Positions 48,601-56,900 of a stretch of DNA of 64,000 nt are shown here, one piece after another (position 1 is the stretch's first letter; each line of letters starts with the position of its first letter). Location: assembly GCA_965261105.1 (NCBI GenBank), contig CBDHCM010000006.1, positions 1,284,405-1,348,404 of the forward strand, written 5' to 3'. Source of the stretch: Candidatus Aldehydirespirator sp. GTDB lineage: Bacteria; Actinomycetota; Acidimicrobiia; Acidimicrobiales; Aldehydirespiratoraceae. Both the position numbers and the translations under genes were made by a program. The notes under the pieces are model-generated. The model made no database searches. It was given only the letters and a program-made list of their open reading frames with translations, and was not told where the DNA came from.

Positions 48601-50910
48601 CCAGTTGCTGGTGGTGAAAGTCAAAGTGGCCGGCGACGCGGTCACGTCGCTGCTGCCGCTTCTGGTGACGTTGATCACCACATTGGCGGATGGCTGGGTG
48701 TTCAACACCACCGTGTAAGTCTTGTTGGCGCCTTCGGCCACCGTCACCGAGGACGCGGACAGGGTAACCCCGGCGGAGTCATCGTCGGTCACAGACACCG
48801 CCACCGCGGCGATAGTCACGTTGTCATACTCGTCGGCGCTTGAGGCAGCCACCACCGCGTGGGCGATGGAGGCTGTGTCGTTCACAGTGTCGGCGTCTTG
48901 GGCGGCGGCCACGGTCACCGTCTGAGTTGTGCTCCAGGTGCTGGTGGTGAAAGTCAAAGTGGCTGGCGAGACCGTCACGTCGCTGCTGCCGCTCCGAGCC
49001 ACACTGATCACCACATTGGCGGATGGCTGGGTGTTCAACACCACCGTGTAAGTCTTGTTGGCGCCTTCGGCCACCGTCACCGAGGACGCGGACAGGGTAA
49101 CCCCGGCGGTGTCGTCGTCGTCGACAGACACCGCCACCGCGGCGATAGTCACAGCATCGTACTCGTCGGCGCTTGAGGCAGCCACCACCGCGTGGGCGAT
49201 GGAGGCTGTGTCGTTCACAGTGTCGGCGTCTTGGGCAGCAGCCACCGTCACCGTCTGAGTTGTGCTCCAGGTGCTGGTGGTGAAAGTCAAAGAGGCCGGC
49301 GAGACCGTCACGTCGCTGCTGCCGCTCCGAGCCACACTGATCACCACATTGGCGGAGGGCTGGGTGTTCAACACCACCGTGTAAGTCTTGTTGGCGCCTT
49401 CGGCCACCGTCACCGAGGACGCGGACAGGGTAACCCCGGCGGTGTCGTCGTCGTCGACAGACACCGCCACCGCGGCGATAGTCACAGCATCGTACTCGTC
49501 GGCGCTTGAGGCAGCCACCACCGCGTGGGCGATGGAGGCTGTGTCGTTCACAGCGTCAGCGTCTTGGGCAGCAGCCACCGTCACTATCTGAGCTGTGCCC
49601 CAGGTGCTGGTGGTGAAAGTCAAAGTGGCCGGCGAGACCGTCACGTCGCTGCTGCCGCTCCTGGTGACGTTGATCACCACATTGGCGGAGGGCTGGGTGT
49701 TCAACACCACCGTGTAAGTCTTGTTGGCACCCTCAGCCACCGTCACCGAGGACGCGGACAGGGTAACCCCGGCGGAGTCATCGTCGGTCACAGACACCGC
49801 CACCGCGGCGATAGTCACAGCATCGTACTCGTCGGCGCTTGAGGCAGCCACCACCGCGTGGGCGATGGAGGCTGTGTCGTTCAGCGCGTCGGTGTCGTGG
49901 GCGGCGGCCACGGTCACTGTCTGGGCTGTGTCCCAGGTGCTGGTGGTGAAGGTCAGGGTGGCCGGCGAGACCGTCACGTCGGCGCTGCCGCTCCTGGTGA
50001 CGTTGATCACCACGTCAGATGCGGGCTGGGCGTTCAGCACCACCGTGTAGGTGCTGTTGGCGCCCTCGTCCACTGTCAGCGTGGACTCAGACACGGTCAC
50101 CGCAGCGGCGTCGTCGTCGGTGACGGTCACGGTCACCGCGGCGATGGTCGCGTTGTCGTACTCGTTGGCGCTTTGGGAGGCGTTGACGGCGTGGCTGATG
50201 GAGGCCGTGTCGTTCGCGGTGTCGGCGTCGTGGGCGGCGGCGACGGTCACTGTCTGGGCTGTGTCCCAGGTGCTGGTGGTAAAGGTCAGGGTGGCCGGCG
50301 TCGCCGTCACCTCGCTGCTGCCGCTCCTGGTGACGTTGATCACCACGTCAGATGCGGGCTGGGCGTCGAGCACCACCGTGTAGGTGCTGTTGTTGCCCTC
50401 GGCGACTGTCAGCGTGGACTCGGACACGCTCACCGCGGCGTCGTCGTCGGTGACGGTGACGGTCACCGCGGCGATGGCGGCTGCGTCGTACTCGTCGGCG
50501 CTGCGGGAGGCGGCGACGGCGTGGGTGATGGAGGCTGTGTCGTTCGCCGCGTCGGTGTCGTGGCCGGCGGCGACGGTCACTGTCTGGGCTGTGTCCCAGT
50601 TGCTGGTGGTGAAGGTCAGGGTGGCCGGCGTCGCGGTCACCTCGCTGCTGCCGCTCCTGGTGACGTTGATCACCACGTCCGATGAGGGCTGGGCGTCGAG
50701 CACCACCGTGTAGGTGTTGTTGGCGCCCTCGGCGACTGTCAGCGTGGACTTGGACACGCTCACCGCGGCGTCGTCGTCGGTGACGGTGACGGTCACCGCG
50801 GCGATGGCGGCTGCGTCGTACTCGTCGGCGCTGCGGGAGGCGGCGACGGCGTGGGTGATGGAGGCTGTGTCGTTCGCCGCGTCGGTGTCGTGGCCGGCGG
50901 CGACGGTCAC
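42613..50910 (-). CDS. distal (3') 2765 codons of the giant repetitive surface protein
   Basis: It begins inside a repeat unit, so there is no genuine N-terminus. About 21 units of ~110-111 aa read VT(V/L)S.S.(L/V)TV.EG...TYTVVL..QP...VVI.V..SGSS.VT..PATLTFT.S.W.T.QTVTVAA..D.D..NDTASI.H.V....SA.EYD...IAAV.V.V.DDD. These are followed by a (GGGSP)n linker, an He_PIG-like domain (LPPGLRFNSNRTITGTP), one more repeat, a cadherin domain and an EF-hand-like tail. Confidence 0.85.
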   Translation of the reverse strand: MTVAAGHDTDAANDTASITHAVAASRSADEYDAAAIAAVTVTVTDDDAAVSVSKSTLTVAEGANNTYTVVLDAQPSSDVVINVTRSGSSEVTATPATLTFTTSNWDTAQTVTVAAGHDTDAANDTASITHAVAASRSADEYDAAAIAAVTVTVTDDDAAVSVSESTLTVAEGNNSTYTVVLDAQPASDVVINVTRSGSSEVTATPATLTFTTSTWDTAQTVTVAAAHDADTANDTASISHAVNASQSANEYDNATIAAVTVTVTDDDAAAVTVSESTLTVDEGANSTYTVVLNAQPASDVVINVTRSGSADVTVSPATLTFTTSTWDTAQTVTVAAAHDTDALNDTASIAHAVVAASSADEYDAVTIAAVAVSVTDDDSAGVTLSASSVTVAEGANKTYTVVLNTQPSANVVINVTRSGSSDVTVSPATLTFTTSTWGTAQIVTVAAAQDADAVNDTASIAHAVVAASSADEYDAVTIAAVAVSVDDDDTAGVTLSASSVTVAEGANKTYTVVLNTQPSANVVISVARSGSSDVTVSPASLTFTTSTWSTTQTVTVAAAQDADTVNDTASIAHAVVAASSADEYDAVTIAAVAVSVDDDDTAGVTLSASSVTVAEGANKTYTVVLNTQPSANVVISVARSGSSDVTVSPATLTFTTSTWSTTQTVTVAAAQDADTVNDTASIAHAVVAASSADEYDNVTIAAVAVSVTDDDSAGVTLSASSVTVAEGANKTYTVVLNTQPSANVVINVTRSGSSDVTASPATLTFTTSNWSTTQTVTVAAAQDADAANDTASIAHAVVAASSADEYDAVTIAAVSVSVTDDDAAVTVSGSALTVDEGGSGSYTVVLDAQPSSDVVINVTKSGSSDVTVSPATLTFTTSSWGTAQTVTVAAAQDADAANDTASIAHAVDASRSANEYVNVTIAAVTVTVTDDDAAVTVSKSALTVDEGGSGSYTVVLDAQPSSDVVINVTKSGSSDVTATPATLTFTTNNWSTAQTVTVAAAHDADTANDTASITHTVDASRSANEYDNATIAAVTVTVTDDDTAAVTMSKSTLTVAEGNNNTYTVVLDAQPSSDVVINVTRSGSSDVTATPATLTFTTSNWSTAQTVTVAAAHDADTANDTASITHTVDASRSANEYDNASIAAVTVTVTDDDTAAVTVSKSTLTVAEGNNNTYTVVLDAQPSSNVVIAVTSNNSDVTVDTDTGTSGSQDTLTFTPINWSTAQTVTVAAAHDADTANDTASISHAVNAAESANEYDNATIAAVTVTVTDDDTAAVTLSASSVTVAEGANKTYTVVLNTQPASDVVINVTRSGSSDVTATPATLTFTSSNWGTAQTVTVAAAQDADAVNDTASIAHAVVAASSADEYDAVTIAAVAVSVTDDDTAGVTLSETAVTVAEGANKTYTVVLNTQPSANVVINVTRSGSSDVTATPATLTFTTSNWSTTQTVTVAAAQDADTVNDTASIAHAVVAASSADEYDAVTIAAVAVSVTDDDTAGVTLSETAVTVAEGANKTYTVVLNTQPSANVVINVTRSGSSDVTASPATLTFTTSNWSTTQTVTVAAAQDADTVNDTASIAHAVVAASSADEYDNVTIAAVAVSVTDDDTAGVTLSETAVTVAEGANKTYTVVLNTQPSANVVINVTRSGSSDVTVSPATLTFTTSNWSTTQTVTVAAAQDADTVNDTASIAHAVVAASSADEYDAVTIAAVTVSVDDDDTAGVTLSASSVTVAEGANKTYTVVLNTQPSANVVINVTRSGSNDVTVSPATLTFTTSTWSTTQTVTVAAAQDADTVNDTASIAHAVAAASSADEYDNVTIAAVAVSVTDDDTAGVTLSASSVTVAEGANKTYTVVLNTQPSANVVINVTRSGSSDVTVSPATLTFTSSTWSTTQTVTVAAAQDADAVNDTASIAHAVVAASSADEYDNVTIAAVAVSVTDDDSAGVTLSASSVTVAEGANKTYTVVLNTQPSANVVINVTRSGSSDVTASPATLTFTTSNWSTAQTVTVAAAQDADAVNDTASIAHPVIASRSANEYDGVTIVASVAVSVTDDDTAAVTVSESAVTVAEGANKTYTVVLNTQPSANVVINVTKSGSSDVTATPATLTFTASNWGTAQTVTVRAAQDADTANDTASISHAVNASRSANEYDTVTVAAVSVSVTDDDTAAVTVSKSTLTVGEGANNTYTVVLNAQPASNVVINVTRSGSSDVTATPATLTLTPSNWSTAQTVTVRAAHDTDTANDTASITHTVNASQSANEYDTVTIAAVSVTVTDDDAAVTVSKSALTVAEGANNTYTVVLDAQPASNVVINVTRSGSSDVTATPATLTFTTSNWGTAQTVTVRAAHDTDTANDTASIAHAVNASRSANEFDNATIAAVAVTVADDDTVTPPSGGGSPGGGGSPGGGGSPGGGGSPGGGVSPDQIPTFSSRTVGDQIYTVGEDVGTVSLPSALRGDGGLRYSLSPGLPPGLRFNSNRTITGTPGAALPRTRFTYTATDSDGDSVGLRFFVTVSERPGVTVSATEVAVAEGGANAYTVVLDAEPASDVVISVTSDNADVTVDTDAAASGDQSTLTFTTATWSTAQTVTVAAAHDADAVDDAAAVSHMVVAAGSAAEYAAVAVAGVAVTVADDDDVAERSVAENTGEGEVVGGPVAVMGQDGGALTYTLGGADAALFTIDADTGQIRVRAETALDYEADKNVYEVTVTATDSSGASATVAVTITVTDVHSGSYDVDNNEVVDRDETIAAVADYFAGRITKDDVLAVIQLYFSG

Positions 50911-53900
50911 TGTCTGGGCTGTGTCCCAGTTGCTGGTGGTGAAGGTCAGGGTGTGCGGTCACCTCGCTGTTCCTGGTGACGGCGTCCGATGAGGGCTGGG
51001 CGTCGAGCACCACCGTGTAGGTGCTGTTGTTGCCCTCGGCGACTGTCAGCGTGGACTTGGACACGCTCACCGCGGCGTCGTCGTCGGTGACGGTGACGGT
51101 CACCGCGGCGATGGCGGCGTTGTCGTACTCGTCGGCGCTTTGGGAGGCGTCGGCGGCGTGGGTGATGGAGGCTGTGTCGTTCGCGGCGTCGGCGTCGTGG
51201 GCGGCGGCGACGGTCACTGTCTGGGCTGTGTCCCAGTTGCTCGGGGTGAAGGTCAGGGTGGCCGGCGTTGCGGTCACGTCGCGGTTGTCGCTGGACACCG
51301 CGATCACCACGTCAGAGGAGGGCTGGGCGTTCAGCACCACCGTGTAGTTGCTGTTGGCGCCCTCGGCCACTGTCAGCGTGGTTTCGGACACGGTCACCGC
51401 GGCGGTGTCGTCGTCGGTGACGGTCACCGCCACCGCGGCGATGGTCGCGTTGTCGTACTCGGCGGCGCTTTCGGCGTCCACCACCGCGTGGGCGATGGAG
51501 GCTGTGTCGTTCGCGGTGTCGGTGTCGTGGGCGGCGGCGACGGTCACTGTCTGGGCTGTGTCCCAGTTGTTGGTGGTGAAGGTCAGGGTGGCCGGCGTTG
51601 CGGTCACGTCGCTGCTGCCGCTCTTGGTGACGTTGATCACCACGTCCGATGAGGGCTGGGCGTCGAGCACCACTGTGTAGGTGTTGTTGGCGCCCTCGGC
51701 CACTGTCAGCGTGGTTTCGGACACGGTCACCGCGGCGGTGTCGTCGTCGGTGACGGTCACCGCCACCGCGGCGATGGTCGCGTTGTCGTACTCGGCGGCG
51801 CTTTCGGCGTCCACCACCGCGTGGGCGATGGAGGCTGTGTCGTTCGCGGTGTCGGTGTCGTGGGCGGCGGCGACGGTCACTGTCTGGGCTGTGTCCCAGT
51901 TGCTCGGGGTGAAGGTCAGGGTGGCCGGCGTTGCGGTCACGTCGCGGTTGTCGCTGGACACCGCGATCACCACGTCAGAGGAGGGCTGGGCGTCGAGCAC
52001 CACTGTGTAGGTGTTGTTGGCGCCCTCGGCCACTGTCAGCGTGGTTTCGGACACGGTCACCGCGGCGGTGTCGTCGTCGGTGACGGTCACCGCCACCGCG
52101 GCGATGGTCGCGTTGTCGTACTCGGCGGCGCTTTCGGCGTCCACCACCGCGTGGGCGATGGAGGCTGTGTCGTTCGCGGTGTCGGTGTCGTGGGCGGCGG
52201 CGACGGTCACTGTCTGGGCTGTGTCCCAGTTGTTGGTGGTGAAGGTCAGGGTGGCCGGCGTTGCGGTCACGTCGCTGCTGCCGCTCTTGGTGACGTTGAT
52301 CACCACGTCAGAGGAGGGCTGGGCGTCGAGCACCACTGTGTAGGTGTTGTTGGCGCCCTCGGCCACTGTCAGCGTGGTTTCGGACACGGTCACCGCGGCG
52401 GTGTCGTCGTCGGTGACGGTGACGGTCACCGCGGCGATGGTCGCGTTGTCGTACTCGGCGGCGCTTTGGGAGGCGTTGACGGCGTGGGTGATGGAGGCTG
52501 TGTCGTTCACCGCGTCGGTGTCGTGGGCGGCGGCGACGGTCACTGTCTGGGCTGTGCTCCAGTTGTTGGTGGTGAAGGTCAGGGTGGCCGGCGTCGCGGT
52601 CACGTCGCTGCTGCCGCTCTTGGTGACGTTGATCACCACGTTGGATGCGGGCTGGGCGTCGAGCACCACTGTGTAGGTGTTGTTGTTGCCCTCGGCGACT
52701 GTCAGCGTGGACTTGGACACGGTCACCGCGGCGGTGTCGTCGTCGGTGACGGTGACGGTCACCGCGGCGATGGTCACGTTGTCGTACTCGTTGGCGCTTT
52801 CGGCGGCGTCGACGGTGTGGGTGATGGAGGCTGTGTCGTTCACCGCGTCGGTGTCGTGGGCGGCGGCGACGGTCACTGTCTGGGCCGTGTCCCAGCTACT
52901 GGTGGTGAAAGTCAAAGTGGCCGGCGACACCGTCACCTCGCTGCTGCCGCTCCTGGTGACGTTGATCACCACGTTGGATGCGGGCTGGGCGTCGAGCACC
53001 ACTGTGTAGGTGCTGTTGTTGCCCTCAGCGACTGTCAGCGTGGACTTGGACACGGTCACCGCGGCGTCGTCGTCGGTGACGGACACGCTCACCGCGGCGA
53101 TGGTCGCGTTGTCGTACTCGTTGGCGCTGCGGGAGGCGTCGACGGTGTGGGTGATGGAGGCTGTGTCGTTCGCCGCGTCGGTGTCGTGGCCGGCGGCGAC
53201 GGTCACTGTCTGGGCCGTGTCCCAGCTACTGGTGGTGAAGGTCAGGGTGGCCGGAGTCGCGGTCACGTCGCTGCTGCCGCTCCTGGTGACGTTGATCACC
53301 ACGTCAGAGGAGGGCTGGGCGTCGAGCACCACTGTGTAGGTGTTGTTGTTGCCCTCGGCGACTGTCAGCGTGGCCTTGGACACGCTCACCGCGGCGTCGT
53401 CGTCGGTGACGGTGACGGTCACCGCGGCGATGGCGGCTGCGTCGTACTCGTCGGCGCTGCGGGAGGCGTCGACGGCGTGGGTGATGGATGCTGTGTCGTT
53501 CGCCGCGTCGGTGTCGTGGCCGGCGGCCACGGTCACTGTCTGGGCTGTGTCCCAGGTGCTGGTGGTGAAGGTCAGGGTGGCCGGAGTCGCGGTCACGTCG
53601 GCGCTGCCGCTCTTGGTGACGTTGATCACCACGTTGGATGCGGGCTGGGCGTCGAGCACCACTGTGTAGGTGTTGTTGTTGCCCTCGGCGACTGTCAGCG
53701 TGGCCTTGGACACGGTCACCGCGGCGGTGTCGTCGTCGGTGACGGTGACGGTCACCGCGGCGATGGTCACGTTGTGGTACTCGTTGGCGCTGCGGGAGGC
53801 GTCGACGGCGTGGGTGATGGAGGCCGTGTCGTTCACCGCGTCGGCGTCGTGGCCGGCGGCGACGGTCACTGTCTGGGCTGTGTCCCACGTGCTGGTGGTG

Positions 53901-56900
53901 AAGGTCAGGGTGGCCGGCGATGCGGTCACGTCGCTGCTGCCGCTCTTGGTGACGTTGATCACCACATTGGCGGAGGGCTGGGCGTCGAGCACCACCGTGT
54001 AGGTGTTGTTGGCGCCCTCGTCCACTGTCAGCGTGGTTTCGGACACGGTCACCGCGGCGGTGTCGTCGTCGGTGACGGTCACCGCCACCGCGGCGATGGT
54101 CGCGTTGTCGTACTCGTCGGCGCTTTGGGAGGCCACCGCGTGGGCGATGGAGGCTGTGTCGTTCACCGCGTCGGCGTCGTGGGCGGCGGCGACGGTCACT
54201 GTCTGGGCTGTGTCCCACGTGCTGGTGGTGAAGGTCAGGGTGGCCGGCGATGCGGTCACGTCGCTGCTGCCGCTGCTGGTGACGTTGATCACCACATTGG
54301 CGGAGGGCTGGGCGTCGAGCACCACCGTGTAGGTGTTGTTGGCGCCCTCGGCGACTGTCAGCATGGACTCGGACACGGTCACCGCGGCGTCGTCGTCGGT
54401 GACGGTGACGCTCACCGCGGCGATGGTCGCGTCGTCGTACTCGTTGGCGCTTTGGGAGGCGTTGACGGCGTGGGTGATGGAGGCCGTGTCGTTCGCCGCG
54501 TCGGTGTCGTGGGCGGCGGCGACGGTCACTGTCTGGGCTGTGTCCCAGTTGCTGGTGGTGAAGGTCAGGGTGGCCGGCGTCGCCGTCACGTCGCTGCTGC
54601 CGCTCTTGGTGACGTTGATCACCACGTCAGAGGAGGGCTGGGCGTCGAGCACCACCGTGTAGGAGCTGCTGCCGCCCTCGGCCACCGTCAGCGCGGACTG
54701 GGACACCGTCACCGCAGCGTCGTCGTCGTCGACGGTGACGGTCACCGCGGCGATGGAGGCGTTGTCGTACTCGTCGGCGCTGCGGGAGGCGTCGACGGCG
54801 TGGGCGATGGAGGCCGCGTCGTTCGCCGCGTCGGTGTCGTGGCCGGCGGCGACGGTCACTGTCTGGGCTGTGTCCCAGTTGCTGGTGGTGAAGGTCAGGG
54901 TGGCCGGCGTCGCCGTCACGTCGGCGCTGCCGCTCTTGGTGACGTTGATCACCACGTCAGAGGAGGGCTGGGCGTCGAGCACCACCGTGTAGGAGCCGCT
55001 GCCGCCCTCGGCCACCGTCAGCGCGGACTGGGACACCGTCACCGCGGCGTCGTCGTCGTCGACGGTGACGGTCACCGCGGCGATGGAGGCGTTGTCGTAC
55101 TCGTCGGCGCTGCGGGAGGCGTCGACGGCGTGGGCGATGGAGGCCGCGTCGTTCACCGCGTCGGCGTCGTGGGCGGCGGCGACGGTCACTGTCTGGGCTG
55201 TGTCCCAGTTGCTGGTGGTGAAGGTCAGGGTGGCCGGCGTCGCCGTCACGTCGCGGTTGTCGCTGGACACCGCGATCACCACGTCAGAGGAGGGCTGGGC
55301 GTTCAGCACCACCGTGTAGTTGCTGTTGGCGCCCTCGGCCACCGTCAGCGCGGACGTGGACACGGTCACCCCGGTGTCGTCGTCGGTGACGGTCACAGTC
55401 ACCGCGGCGATGGTCGCGGTGTCGTACTCGTCGGCGCTTTCGGCGGCCACCACCGCGTGGGTGATGGAGGCCGCGTCGTTCGCCGTGTCGGTGTCGTGGG
55501 CGGCGGCCACGGTCACTGTCTGGGCTGTGCTCCAGCTGCTGGTGGTGAAGGTCAGGGTGGCCGGAGTCGCCGTCACGTCGCTGTTGTCGCTGGACACCGC
55601 GATCACCACGTCGGATGCGGGCTGGGCGTCGAGCACCACCGTGTAGGTGCCGCTGTCGCCCTCGTCCACCGTCAGCGCGGACTTGGACACGGTCACCGCG
55701 GCGTCGTCGTCGGTGACGGTGACGGTCACCTCGGCGATGGTCGCGGTGTCGTACTCGTCGGCGCTTTCGGCGGCCATCACCGCGTGGGTGATGGAGGCCG
55801 TGTCGTTCACCGCGTCGGCGTCGTGGGCGGCGGCCACCGTCACTGTCTGGGCTGTGCTCCAGTTGCTGGGGGTGAAGGTCAGGGTGGCCGCAGTCGCGGT
55901 CACGTCGCGGTTGTCGCTGGACACCGCGATCACCACGTCGGAGGAGGGCTCGGCGTCCAGCACCACCGTGTAGGAGCCGTTGGCGCCCTCGGCCACCGTC
56001 AGCGCGGACTCGGACACGGTCACCGCGGCGGTGTCGTCGTCGGTGACGGTCACCGCCACCCCGGTGATGGAGGCTGGGTCGTACGCGTCGGCGCTTTCAT
56101 CGGCCACCACCGCGTGGGTGATGGAGGCCGTGTCGTTCACCGCGTCGGCGTCGTGGGCGGCGGCCACCGTCACCGTCTGGGCCGTGCTCCAGTCGCTGGT
56201 GGTGAAGGTCAGCTTCGCCGGCGACGCCGTCACGTCGCGGTTGTCGCTGAACACCGCGATCACCACGTCAGAGGAGGGCTCGGCGTCCAGCACCACCGTG
56301 TAGGTGCTGTCGGCGCCCTCGGCCACCGTCAGCGTGGACTTGGACACCGTCACCGCGGCGTCGTCGTCGGTGACGGTGACGCTCACCGCGGCGATGGAGG
56401 CGTTGTCGTACTCGTCGGCGCTGCGGGAGGTGTCGACGGCGTGGGCGATGGAGGCCGTGTCGTTCGCCGCGTCGGCGTCGTGGGCGGCGGCCACCGTCAC
56501 CGTCTGGGCCGTGCCCCAGTTGCTCGGGGTGAAGGTCAGCTTCGCCGGCGACGCCGTCACGTCGGCGCTGCCGCTCCTGGTGACGTTGATCACCACGTCA
56601 GAGGAGGGCTGGGCGTCGAGCACCACCGTGTAGGTGTTGTTGGCGCCCTCGGCCACCGTCAGCGCGGACTTGGACACCGTCACCGCGGCGTCGTCGTCGG
56701 TGACGGTCACGCTCACCGCGGCGATGGTCGCGGTGTCGTACTCGTCGGCGCTGAGGGAGGTGTCGACGGCGTGGGTGATGGAGGCCGCGTCGTTCGCCGC
56801 GTCGGCGTCGTGGGCGGCGGCCACCGTCACCGTCTGGGCCGTGCGCCAGTTGCTCGGGGTGAAGGTCAGCGTGTTCTGGCTGCCGGACGTCCCCGTGTCG

